DNA of 63,126 nt, counting the filler, from an uncultured bacterium (GTDB taxonomy: Bacteria > Latescibacterota > UBA2968): the NCBI GenBank assembly GCA_964471275.1. It is 9 parts of 9 records of this genome, joined end to end, with 100 filler letters (N's around TTAATTAATTAA, not from the genome) between each part and the next. Parts side by side here need not be neighbours in the genome. Positions count along the whole stretch, not along the records: positions 7,359 to 14,595 come from CAYYGZ010000237.1; positions 14,696 to 21,691 come from CAYYGZ010000238.1; 7 more parts are not named here. One strand, 5' to 3'. A model generated the notes under the pieces. It was not told the DNA's origin and did not search any database. It worked only from the letters and a program-made list of their open reading frames with translations. Shown here piece after piece: positions 10,415-20,688 of this stretch; position 1 is the first letter of the stretch, and each line of letters starts with the position of its first letter. The translations under genes were made by a program, and so were the position numbers.

Positions 10415-12055
10415 CTACTTCCAGCCATCGACGGACACTGTCCTGCGATACCCGTTCCCGAAAATCCGCCAGTATCCGTTTGTCTCCCCTCCCACAACCA
10501 CCACATTAATCTTGTCCTTCGGCCAGATCCGGATCTCTTCATCCTCGTCTGCTTTCAACATGGTCGCGTATGGTTCAACCCCCATCAGGGCGCGCGGGGC
10601 GACGTAGTTTTCGATAAGCTGGTAGTCCCAGTATACGCCTGCTTTCATTGTCGCCGTTTCGTGAACCCAGTCGATCAGCTTGTCGACCGTATCAAACCCA
10701 CCGCGATCGACAAACTGTTCGGCAGTCAGCGGATCGAGGACAAAGCAGGGAAAGTGATGCGGGTTGATTCCACGCAGAAGCTGCTGAACGTGCGTCTCCC
10801 AGTGCTTATCGCGCAAACCGAGCAAGAACGAGGTCGATCGATTCCCCGAGAAGCAGCTGACCGTGCTTTGCTCTCGATCGAACCCTTTCTGAACGTGCAG
10901 CGGGTCCCAGGGGCTTCGCTCCTCATTCTCCGCAAAGCAGATACTGTTGTATGCGTAATTGTTTCCCTGAGAACCGAGATACGTGATCAGGGGAACGGAC
11001 CCCCCTTGCAGGTTCTGCGACAGGAGCGAGTAGGCACGGCCGATCGCGGCGTTCGCCTGGTTATAGGGTCCCATAGCACCCACACCCGAATTCATCTCGA
11101 TTTCCTCACGAATCGGGCCGTTCACGACAACCATAGCCGCAGCTGAACTCGTCGTGCTGGCACGAGCGGAGACCTGTGAGGCGGCAAGCGCGAGAATGAC
11201 CGGGAAGTATTCTGGGCGCGCGCCGGCCATCACGGCATTCACCGCGACCTTCTCAACCGAATACTGCCATGCCTCTCTCGTACTTGTTGGGCGCATCTGG
11301 CCAACAATCTCATCAGATGCGTGGCTCGTCCCCGAAAGCATCGCAGCAACCCGCTCCTCCGTGGGCAGCACGATCGGAAGCTTGTCGGTCCAGTTCTTCC
11401 GAAGAAACAGCTCGTGCAGATTGTCCTCTGTGTCGGGTTCGAGAAAAGTTGGTGAGGAGCGATCGAAATTGATGATCGCTGTCTCGTCTTCCGTTAGAGG
11501 TTTCGCGATGGCATCAATCACGCCGTCCATGAACGGCTCACCCGTGACTGCATCCGGCCCGTCCACATAGGCGCGCAATTCCTGGGGGGACTTGCCCATT
11601 ACCGGCTGCGGGACATACACAAATCGCTGCTTCGGCATACCCCGCTGATGTGCGGCGTTCCGGGCAAGCGGCTCGAACACATTTGTCTGAATGGAGGCTG
11701 TCGGCACTCCGTATTCCGTTTCAACGGTGATACATTGATCGGCGACCGCCGGGGCACACGTGCTTCAGTGCCCGACGCCAAAAACCGCAGCGTCGCCTTT
11801 CTCTCTGATCTCCTCGTAGAGCCTGTCATCTCGTTGGTGATAGGTTCCATCCTTGCGGCGGATCTCGATGTTGACGGCAGGCATATGTTCGCCGAACCAG
11901 TCCCCCATCTGCTCCATGAGGATGTCCCCATCATCAAACCGGCAATCGACAAGATAGACAGTCCTCCGGTCCAGGGCGCCTGGACGATCCGCCATCTTGA
12001 GTTGATCGATCTTGGGTGGAAAGCCTTCGGGATTGTAGACCTTCAACAGTGCCAT
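10415..12055 (-). CDS. UGSC-family-like selenoprotein (546 aa; Sec at codon 97, motif GH-U-STC) fused to a C-terminal TDKLPIVLPT domain
   Basis: ORFs 11765..12055 and 10415..11707 are in the same frame, separated only by TGA (11765-11767) plus 19 sense codons (STCAPAVADQCITVETEYG). GGAGG RBS before ATG 12055. SECIS-like hairpin follows the UGA. Confidence 0.88.
11740..11767 (-). promoter_or_regulatory. Bacterial SECIS-like element
   Basis: Minus strand reads UGA AGCACGUGUGCCC CGGC-GGUC-GCCG: 4-bp GC stem with a GGUC apical loop starting 18 nt after the UGA. Confidence 0.7.
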
Positions 12056-12246
12056 TCACGCCTCCGGCAAGAGAGTTCCAGCGTCAGTGCAAGGCTCCGG
12101 AATCAAATATCACCCGATTCTGATTCTTCTTCCGGACGTTCCATCTGGTGATCGTCAATCATCTGGTTTGTGTGAACAAGACGGTCACAGAGCAGGTTGT
12201 AGATGTTCTTTATGAGCTTGATTATACAATCCCGGGCTCGAAGCCA

Positions 12247-12694
12247 TCAGGCCATCGATATCATCACCGTGGATGATGACGTCGCTGCAGGGCACGGACG
12301 CGACGACATTCGCGATGCACTGGCGAAGGCCTCTACATCACCGACACACCCGACGGGCGAAGTGATGACAACAAGGCGGCCCCTCAGCAGGATGAAGATG
12401 CCCTGCCTCGTGTCCCCTGCCCGGAGGACAGGTTCGCTAGCACCAAATGAGGACGCGTGGCGAATGTAGATAATGTCCTGCAATTCATCAAGATCGAACC
12501 CGCAAAAAAATCTCGAGGTCCTGGCTCTCCTCGCCGGTCGTGTAGATTGAGGCGTGTTCATCGTATGAAACGGGGTGGCAGAACTGAATGATCTTCTGCA
12601 GCTCGTCAGAGCTAAACCCGTGAAAGATGTCGAATGCGGTCAGACGATCGATGAGCGCTTGGGTAGTTGAAACCAAAAGCGACCTCGTATCCAT
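12247..12694 (-). pseudogene. Cyclic-nucleotide-binding (Crp-like) domain protein, frameshifted or degenerate
   Basis: FDIFHGFSSDELQKI...IYTTGEESQDL and IFCGFDLDELQDI...VLRAGDTRQGIFILLRGRLVV are cNMP-domain N-terminal motifs; the frames join if the T7 run at 12504-12510 were T6. Confidence 0.6.
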
Positions 12695-12880
12695 CCCCGG
12701 TCCTGTTTCGGTAGTCGGTCAATCAGCAGGGCACTCTCCGTTGATAGGGCGAATCACGGACAAGATCGATCGAAAGACCTTGACGTTTGCTGGGGCTTGA
12801 GTCTGGTTGTAAAGTGTATCTTTCCAAGCGTGTGCATAGTCTCACCCCGAATGTGACACAACTGTGAAGGGGATGCGAGA

Positions 12881-13909
12881 ATGAGTCCTATGGGTGATCA
12901 AGATATCAGGAAGGCCCTCAAACGCCACGAAGCCTTCTGGCGGGGAGCGGGCAGCACCCCGCTGGTGTCGCTAGCCGAGCATCACCCGCTGGAGGATCGC
13001 GGAGGCATCCCACTGGCTAATGGTTCGCGATCACAAGAGGGGCAGTTAATTGAACCGGACCTTATCGATCCATCTCTCTTTTACGTGGACCGCTCACCAC
13101 CGTCTGACCCGATTCGGGGCGATTTCTTGGTCAGCGAGGGACCACCGGGGCTCTGCTGGACCGAGGCCGCGCTCGGATGTCCGATCAGAATCGTAACCGG
13201 TGGCCCTTGGGCGGATCGCATCCCTGGCGACGGTTCTCCGTCAGAATTCGAGCCCGACAATTGCTGGCTCGAGAAGCTGGATGCATTTATGCGTGTCTTG
13301 AATGAGCGATCCGCGGGATGCTATCCCATTACCCAGCCGCTGTTCCGTGGACCGATCGACATGATGGCTTCAGCGCTTGGTCACGAAGAAGCCTGTGTGA
13401 TGCTCCTCGATGCACCAGCCGTTTCGGACACGATACTGGCGGCGTGCGGCGACCTCTTCATCGAAATGGCACAGAGACGGCTGGCTAAGACACCGCATTT
13501 TCACGAAGGCTATCTGTCAAGCTTCGGAATCTGGGCGCCGGGCACAGTCGTCAGGACCCAGGCAGACAACGCGACGATGCTTTCACCCGCGACTTATCGC
13601 GATCACGTCCTTCCCCAGGATCGCAGAATCATGGAGCAGTTCGAGTATTCCCTTATCCATCTGCACTCGGGCTGTCTCCACATCGTCGAAGATCTTCTCC
13701 AGGTGGACGCACTCAAGTGTATCCAGGTATCGATCGACTATCCCGGCGGCCCACTTGCGGCAGAGGTGATTGATGTCTTTCGTCGAATACTCGACGTCAA
13801 GCCCCTCATCATCACGGGCCCCGTCTATCCGCACGAGCGTGACGAACTCCTGGACCTCAAACCTTCCGGCGGCCTCTGTCTCCAGCTAAATGTTATCGAT
13901 GGACAGTAA
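12881..13909 (+). CDS. Uroporphyrinogen decarboxylase / methyltransferase (URO-D/MtaA) superfamily protein
   Basis: QPLFRGPIDM, QADNATMLSP, LIHLHSG pattern; 342 aa. Confidence 0.7.
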   Translation: MSPMGDQDIRKALKRHEAFWRGAGSTPLVSLAEHHPLEDRGGIPLANGSRSQEGQLIEPDLIDPSLFYVDRSPPSDPIRGDFLVSEGPPGLCWTEAALGCPIRIVTGGPWADRIPGDGSPSEFEPDNCWLEKLDAFMRVLNERSAGCYPITQPLFRGPIDMMASALGHEEACVMLLDAPAVSDTILAACGDLFIEMAQRRLAKTPHFHEGYLSSFGIWAPGTVVRTQADNATMLSPATYRDHVLPQDRRIMEQFEYSLIHLHSGCLHIVEDLLQVDALKCIQVSIDYPGGPLAAEVIDVFRRILDVKPLIITGPVYPHERDELLDLKPSGGLCLQLNVIDGQ

Positions 13910-13978
13910 AAAAAGGATCGTGAGAAGGGAGAGGCGAAACGGCAGAGGAACAGCCGTCTGCGCATCCCCTGTTGCTCG

Positions 13979-14240
13979 TCATTGGTCGGTGCTCCGCTTC
14001 TTCCCGTGCGCGTAAAGTGCAAGCAGGTTCTCGATCGGCACATCCGGCTGGACGTTGTGTACCAGGCACAGCACATAACCACCATCCTTCCCCAGAACAT
14101 CCACACGTCGATCAACCTCTGACCGCACTTCGTCCTCGGACCCACCCGGCGTCACCTGCATCGTGTCGACTCCGCCCCAGAACGTCATCCCGATCCCCGA
14201 ACTCCCGCTTCAAGCGTTCATCGTCGTGCATCTCGCCCGC
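13979..14240 (-). pseudogene. C-terminal remnant of a URO-D family protein abutting an IS end
   Basis: AGEMHDDERLKREFGDR, frameshift, then TFWGGVDTMQ...GGYVLCLVHNVQPDVPIENL; homology stops exactly at the IS terminus 14241. Confidence 0.75.
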
Positions 14241-14595
14241 TGACCTGCCCCCATCCATGTGTCCACATCTAGAGTTAGGATGCGGTTGCTGATGCCGGTC
14301 CCTCGATCGTCAGACACTCGCGAGTGAACTCATCGACCACATTCAGGAGTTTTAAGGCCCCCCCTCACGCGTTCGATCGAACACGAAGTCGTAGGCCCAG
14401 ACGTGATTGCGATGCTCAGGTCGTAGCCTGATGCAGGAACCGTCGTTGAACCACAACCTTCACCGCTTCGGCTGGCTGGCACTTTTAGCCCTTCCTGAGA
14501 CCAGATGCGCTCCACACGCTTGTGGTTCACACCCCAGCCGTCGGCTCTAAGCATAGCCGTGATCCTACGATAACCATACCGTCCGTAATGGCTGG
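14241..14595 (-). mobile_element. IS3-family insertion sequence remnant (OrfB fragment, frameshifted, internally deleted) with its right end
   Basis: YGYRRITAMLRADGWGVNHKRVERIW, LWFNDGSCIRLRPEHRNHVWAYDFV and LNVVDEFTRECL motifs; terminus ...GGGGGCAGGTCA-3' fits the TG...CA ends of IS3; runs into the contig end. Confidence 0.9.
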
Positions 14596-14695
14596 NNNNN
14601 NNNNNNNNNNNNNNNNNNNNNNNNNNNNNNNNNNNNNNNTTAATTAATTAANNNNNNNNNNNNNNNNNNNNNNNNNNNNNNNNNNNNNNNNNNNN

Positions 14696-15578
14696 CGATA
14701 TCCATCAGCCTGCGTCGCTCGAGACCGCGCGACCTGGGAGAGATCATTGCCACCTGGGCCGATTCACCGATTTGCAGCTCGGAGAGAGATTCATAGGAAT
14801 CGCCAGACTCAATCTGTTCCTCCTTGGTCTCGACGACGGCGACGTTGGCCGCAATAACCGGTGCGAGAATGTGGGATTTACCGTTCGCCCAGAACTGGAT
14901 ACGCTCAGTGTCTGACTGAATGACTTCCAATCGCGTCCCCGGGTGCAGCCCTTCGGCAACAAGCTGTGCAAAGACGGCCTCTGGCTCATCCTCGATGTGG
15001 ACAACGACCGCGGGCTTCCCGGCCTCGAGCTCGGTCAGCGACCACCCCTCCCAGGGGGCGATCTCCCCAGCGGCCGTCGGAATGGGATCTCCGTGAGGAT
15101 CAAACGCAGGATTGCCCATTTCTTCAGCCCACCGATCGACATCGAGCTTGGAGTTGTGCTCTCTATCCTCGGCCAGACGGTGCCACTCTTCCTCTGTCAC
15201 TCCAGTTTCCTCGGCCAGATAGTGCTCCCACAACCGATGGATTCGGATGACACGAAGCGCATCTTCACGACCGCTCGGCGTCAGCGTCAGCTTGCTGCCT
15301 TCCGATTTGAGAACTCCCAGCGCCTCCGCCCGGATCACGAGATCTGCAGCAGCGTTCTGTGACATCTCAAGCGCACCCGCAAGACTCTCGACTGTCGCTT
15401 GCTGATTGCGGTACTCGAAATTGAAGAGATGCTTAAGCGCATCCTCGATCGTCGCGCGACCGGAAAGCCTCCGGGCACTCCGGTAGGTCCAGTAGTAGCC
15501 GGAGCGCGGCCAGAACAGAACACCCAGGACCAAACCGACCGCGGCGGCCCATAGCAATGCGAGGACAGGATCAACCAT
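14696..15578 (-). CDS. DtxR/MntR-family metal-dependent repressor with an N-terminal TM helix and FeoA domains; 3'-truncated
   Basis: EDALKHL, RIHRLWEHYL, AEDREH, DPHGDPIP motifs; FeoA-like GLHPGTRLEV and a second SLSELQIGESAQV...RRRLMDI; hydrophobic LALLWAAAVGLVLGVLFWP N-terminus. Confidence 0.9.
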
Positions 15579-15618
15579 TCGACACCCCACTCACAAGAAT
15601 CTTAAACCAAAATTTATT

Positions 15619-15660
15619 TTTAGCCTTCGCTAAAGATAGTCCTGGTCCGCGACTTGTCAA
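15619..15660 (-). promoter_or_regulatory. Sigma70 promoter of the DtxR-like gene overlapped by a DtxR/MntR-type operator
   Basis: Minus strand TTGACA (15655-15660), 16 nt, TATCTT (15633-15638); perfect inverted repeat TTTAGC-N4-GCTAAA at 15619-15634 (TTAG-N6-CTAA). Confidence 0.7.
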
Positions 15661-15665
15661 TGCCC

Positions 15666-15719
15666 TTGACGTGTCCCCGGTATTCTTTTAAATAGAACGA
15701 ATGAACAATTCTTCAGATA
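15666..15719 (+). promoter_or_regulatory. Promoter and SmtB/ZiaR/CadC-type operator for the ArsR-ATPase operon
   Basis: TTGACG at 15666 with an AT-rich -10 near 15688-15694; TGAACAATTCTTCAGATA at 15702 (TGAA-N6-TTCA) resembles the SmtB box TGAACAGTTATTCAGATA. Confidence 0.65.
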
Positions 15720-16093
15720 AACGAATCCGGGGTTCTACACAAGCTGCCACCGACATCTGCGACGACCACGTTGTAGATCCGAGCAGAGTAGGGCGGGCGG
15801 CGGCGGCCATGCCTACGAGCGATGTGCTCGACGGCCTGTCCGAGACGTTCAAAGTGCTGAGTCATACGACCCGGTTGAAGATCATTCACGCCCTTTCCCG
15901 GGAAGAGCTCTGTGTCTGTGATCTGTCAGCGCTCCTCGGGGCCACCGAATCCGCTGTCAGCCATCAACTGCGGATACTCAGACACATGCGTCTTGTCAAA
16001 TACCGCCGGGAAGGCAAACTGGCTTACTACACACTCGACGATCAGCACGTATGCCAGCTTTTCGAGGCCGGTCTGGATCGCCTCCGTGAATGA
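15701..16093 (+). CDS. ArsR/SmtB-family metalloregulator (CadC/ZiaR-like)
   Basis: FKVLSHTTRLKII, ELCVCDL, SAVSHQLRILR, RREGKLAYY, LDDQHV; exact start uncertain. Confidence 0.93.
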   Translation: MNNSSDKRIRGSTQAATDICDDHVVDPSRVGRAAAAMPTSDVLDGLSETFKVLSHTTRLKIIHALSREELCVCDLSALLGATESAVSHQLRILRHMRLVKYRREGKLAYYTLDDQHVCQLFEAGLDRLRE

Positions 16094-16236
16094 GAGAATG
16101 ATTCTTGAAGAATATTCTGCTCGGCTTTCACTCTTCCCGTATCGGATCCGGAGGGATACAGGCATTGACGGCAAAATCACGCGACGACACCAGAGCATTC
16201 GGACAAGCGATTCTCGGAGAAACTGAGACAACGTAG

Positions 16237-18608
16237 ATGACAACAGAATCGATTACGACTACGACGATACAGGTTCTGGATATGGACTGTCCGGACTGCG
16301 TCGCCAAGATAGAAGGGAGGTTGTCCAGGCTGGAGGGTGTCAACCGGGTGACGGCGAACCTGATGGGACAGTCCGTGGCTATCGTGCACAGGGACGGCAC
16401 GCACGGGAGAGAAGTATTTCGCTCGGCAGTGGTCGACATGGGGTATACCGTCGACTCGGAACCAGAGACGACGGTCCTGAGAGTCCCGGACATGGATGGT
16501 CCAGCGTGTGCGGAAAAGATCGAGCTTGCCCTGGGGCAGATCGCCGGGGTGTCATCGGTTTCTGCTAATACCGTGACCGGCGGTGTGTCCGTCTCACACG
16601 GCAGTGAGGTCAGCGTTACGACGCTCGCGTCCGTGATCGGGACTGCCGGGTATGCGGTTAACGAACCGCTCTCGGAATCGGCCGACCCGCCCACAGGCCG
16701 ACTGCTGACGGATAGCGCCCTGACAGGGGTGTCCGGACTCCTGTTCGGTGTGGGACTGATTCTCTCCCTGACCTTGCCGAACACAATGGTTTCCGCCTGG
16801 GTTTCGTCCTCCCACTGTCCGCCTCCTCGTTCCTACTTGCCGCGCTGATCGGCGGCATACGTTTCTTCCCAAGCGGGTTCCGGGCTGCCCGGACACTTTC
16901 TCTGGATATGGATTTTCTCATGTCGATCGCAGTTGTGGGTGCAGCAGCGATCGGCGAGTATCTGGAGGCTGCAGCCATTGCCTTCCTCTTCTCTTTTGCC
17001 GAACTGCTTGAAACCCGAGCCGTGCATCGCGCTCGCCAGTCGATCACGTCTCTCATGTCACTCGCACCTGACCGCGCAACAGTCCGGAGAGAGGGTATCG
17101 AGACAGTGGTACCGGTTGAAGAGATTGCGTTGGACGAAATCGTCCTGATCCGGCCGGGCGAGAAGGTCTCCGTCGATGGCGATGTGATCAAGGGGGAGTC
17201 CTCAATCGACCAATCGATGATTACGGGAGAGTCGATCCCGGTTTCACGCACCCCGGGAGACCCCGTCTACGCGGGCACACTGAACGAGGCCGGATATCTC
17301 GAGGTCTGGGTGCGCCGACTAGCATCTCAGACGACACTGAGCAGAATTGTTCGGATGGTTCAGGAAGCGGAAGAACACAAGGCGCCGATCGAGCGGTTCG
17401 TGAAGCGGTTCGCGAGAGTCTACACGCCAGCCGTTTCGGTTGCCGCCCTGGCTGTCGTGCTCGTCCCGACGATATTTCTTGGCGGTGGCTTTGAGGATTG
17501 GTTCGTCCGAGGCTTGGCCCTGCTCGTCATAGCCTGTCCCTGTGCGATGGTAATCTCGACTCCCGTGGCAGTTGTCAGCGCGATTACCAGCGCGGCACGT
17601 AACGGCGTCCTGATCAAAGGCGGCGACCATCTGGAGACATTCAGCAAGATCAGTGTGGTCGCTCTGGACAAGACAGGAACGCTCACGCACGGGAAGCCGG
17701 AAGTGGTTCAGATTGCAGCGCTCAACGGTCATGAGAAACAGGACGTCCTGCGCGTCGCCGCCGCATTGGAGCGACGCTCGTCGCACCCCATCGCAGGCGC
17801 GATTCTCAGAGCTTCGGGCTCGCGACCGTTGCCGGAGCCCGAGGCCTTCGCATCAATGGCGGGATGCGGCGTGTCCGGTGTTCTGGGTGGCCAGTCTTAC
17901 AAGGTTGGAACCCCCGCCTGGCTGGCGCTACCGGTCCCGGATGAGGTCGTCCAGTTGTCCAACGGTGGGAACACGATCGTAGTTGTGGGCACCGTAAAGC
18001 AACTCGTGGGGGCAATCGTCATCGCAGACGAAGTCAGGTCGGAAGCCCGGAATGCGATCCGCGGCCTCAAGCGGGAAGGCATCGAACGCGTCGTGATGCT
18101 GACAGGCGACAACGCTGCGACGGCGAATAGAATAGCAGAGGAGGCAGGACTCGATGAATTCCGGGCAGGGCTCCTCCCGGAAGAAAAGGTTGCTGCCGTG
18201 AAAGAGCTGACAGCAGAATATGGTCCCGTTGCGATGGTGGGAGATGGAATCAACGATGCGCCGGCACTGGCGACTGCCGCCGTGGGGGTGGCGATGGGCG
18301 CGGCCGGATCGGATACCGCGATCGAAACGGCGGATGCCGCGCTGATGAGCGACGACCTGACCAAACTGCCCTATCTCTTCAGGCTGTCGAAGAATTCCAG
18401 CCGCGTGATCAAACAGAACGTCTGGGCGGCCATCCTCATCAAGCTTACGCTGGCCATTGGGGTCTTCCCCGGCTTTGTGTCCCTCGTCGTTGCCGTCCTG
18501 GTCGGCGACCTGGGGACCTCGCTTGGCGTTACGACAAACGCGATCCGGCTCGCCAGAGTCAAAGCGGGCTCGGCCGTCTCACACGAGGGCTCGTCTTCGC
18601 CGACCTAA
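16237..18608 (+). pseudogene. cadA: P1B-2 heavy-metal (Zn/Cd/Pb) ATPase, ZntA/CadA-like, with one frameshift near 16770-16800
   Basis: HMA motifs DMDCPDC and degenerate DMDGPAC in 16237..16848; the frame of 16908 is open upstream (GFVLPLSASSFLLAALIGG); TGES, CPC, DKTGT, SSHP, GDGIND. The frameshift could be a sequencing error. Confidence 0.85.
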
Positions 18609-18837
18609 TCGAGTGACCGCCAGTATATCTATCTCTCTGAGATGCGCACTCTTCTGTCGTACCTTCACCATGGGTGAAGGTGTTGTTCTCCTTTCCACGT
18701 GACGGTGAATCAGGGCCTCAACGGTGCAGCAGCAGAGAGCAAGATCCGGTCCTGGTCGTGCATAAACGAGAGCCCCCTTCGGATCACAAGTCCTGATACC
18801 ACACTGGCCTTCTGCTCTGGCAAGAGAAAGATACTGA

Positions 18838-19536
18838 GTGCATACCACCACTCTCCGGGGTCCAGACTTCGAGCTGACTCAAGATGGCGAAGTCGTCCCG
18901 TACGACAGCTACTTCGCCTCCTTTGCGGTGCACGATCGATTGGGTCTCATCGTTCAGGACCCGCTGGACGGACTTGGGGCAGCATCCCTTGTGCTCGCGT
19001 ACGTCACCGCTTTCTACGATCAACGTCGCAAGCAACCGGACGACTTCGTCGCCTACCCCGACTTCTTCACGTTCCAACCCCCCGAGGACCTGACAAGCTA
19101 CGGTATGCTGGACATCTGGCCGGAGTACAAGGATGTCCCCCTGCCTGATGGTGTCTGGCCGAGGATTGCGACCATCGCGAGTCGCGCCATCTCGATTCTT
19201 GTCGTCCCCGAGTCGAATTGTGATGCCTCGCTCGTTCCTGGCGAGAGACGGCACCACGTCATCCTAGACAGTCTACGCAGCTCTGTTCGCCAATGCTACG
19301 CCTACGCGCCGACCGGCTCCGTCTCGAGACCCGATGTGACGATTCAGTGCACGGACGTGTCGTCGAAAGATTGGGGGTTGGCCGTCATCGAGAGTGCGCA
19401 CCGCGAGTCGGACTGTGTCAAACGCAGACACCGGTGGGAGGACGCATACGCGGACGGATCCCTGACGCAATCCTTCAAACAGATTGATCTGGAGACAGCT
19501 CTTGGTGCCGTTGCTCCTGACGCGGCCAGAAGCTGA
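18838..19536 (+). CDS. Hypothetical protein
   Basis: 232-aa ORF with protein-like composition (FVAYPDFFTFQ, YGMLDIWP); no family recognised. Confidence 0.65.
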   Translation: MHTTTLRGPDFELTQDGEVVPYDSYFASFAVHDRLGLIVQDPLDGLGAASLVLAYVTAFYDQRRKQPDDFVAYPDFFTFQPPEDLTSYGMLDIWPEYKDVPLPDGVWPRIATIASRAISILVVPESNCDASLVPGERRHHVILDSLRSSVRQCYAYAPTGSVSRPDVTIQCTDVSSKDWGLAVIESAHRESDCVKRRHRWEDAYADGSLTQSFKQIDLETALGAVAPDAARS

Positions 19537-19695
19537 GGAACCAAATACTTTTAGATTCTGCTCCGATCGGGTCTCCCGCATTCAGTCGCAGTTGGGTGAG
19601 GACTTTCGGTTCCTGCTGGGTAGCGGTGGATTGGGATTAGCATCGGAGAACCCGGCCCACCCAGCAAGAGCATCGACGGTGATAGAGGGAAACAG

Positions 19696-20391
19696 ATGAC
19701 TGTTTCGCACTCCATGCGGCTCATGATCCTCTTCAGCTTGGGCCTGATCACAGCGGGCACACTCCGTTGGGCAACGACTTCCGTCGAGAGCTTCCACGGC
19801 CTGTCAGCGATCCCCACTCCCTTGTACGTAGCATTGTCCGTGTACATCACGATTCGGGTTGTTCGTTCACCCACAGGCTGGGCAGGTATCGGAGTCGGTA
19901 TACCGCCCAAGCCCGCCGCACACCTGGCGCTTGGTGTATCAGGAGCTGTGGCGGCCGTTCTGGCCGGAGACCTGCTGGAACCGGTATGGATCTTCCTCTT
20001 CGAAAGCGGTCGTGATCTCTCTCGTTTCGATGAGACGGTCACATCCGTTCCCGGTCTGATCGCCCTTCTTGCTCTGAACTGGTCGTTCGCGGCGTTCGGT
20101 GAGGAGTTCGCCTTCCGGGGCCTCTTGATGCGCGGACTCACATCTGCCCTTGGCGACAACCGGTGTGTCACGCTTGTTCCCTACCTCGTCCAGGCTGGGA
20201 TATTCGGGTTGGTTCACGCTTACCAGGGGCCGGCGGGTGTTGCGGGTGCCACCGTGAGTGGGCTCGTATTCGGAGGGGTGGTCTGGATCGCACAAGGAAG
20301 CCTGTGGCCAGCCGTCCTGTCGCACGGGCTCTCGAACACCTATGGTATCGTCACCTTGTGGATGCAGGCTAATTCTGTAGCCGGGACCTGA
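19696..20391 (+). CDS. CPBP (CAAX/Abi) family intramembrane glutamic endopeptidase
   Basis: GEEFAFRG, FGLVHAYQG, HGLSN motifs; multiple TM helices; GAGG RBS. Confidence 0.9.
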   Translation: MTVSHSMRLMILFSLGLITAGTLRWATTSVESFHGLSAIPTPLYVALSVYITIRVVRSPTGWAGIGVGIPPKPAAHLALGVSGAVAAVLAGDLLEPVWIFLFESGRDLSRFDETVTSVPGLIALLALNWSFAAFGEEFAFRGLLMRGLTSALGDNRCVTLVPYLVQAGIFGLVHAYQGPAGVAGATVSGLVFGGVVWIAQGSLWPAVLSHGLSNTYGIVTLWMQANSVAGT

Positions 20392-20688
20392 ATCTCCTAG
20401 CTTGCCTCCAGTGAATGCCACGGGCTGACTACCTGCCTGACACCGTTCGCCCTGAGTGACGTCGTGGCCAGACAGATCCGCGTTGTCCGATCACGGCAGG
20501 GGATGCACACATCTTATCTAAGGGTGACCGGCAACTACGTCCGCATTGACACGCACCCTTCGATCCGGTAATCCATTCACTGCCTTCATCGAAACCGGCG
20601 ATTGATCAGCTATATGCCTACCCAGGGAGATCGGTGGCCCTAACCGAAACGTAAAGCTGACTCATCCTCTCTTACACCCGAGGTCAGA

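Noticed and set aside
10364..11146. Long antisense or alternative-frame ORFs (e.g. 10364..11146, 46761..47723, 52078..53106, 59662..60756)
   Set aside because: They overlap well-supported genes on the opposite strand and have no motifs, as is typical of shadow ORFs in GC-rich DNA.
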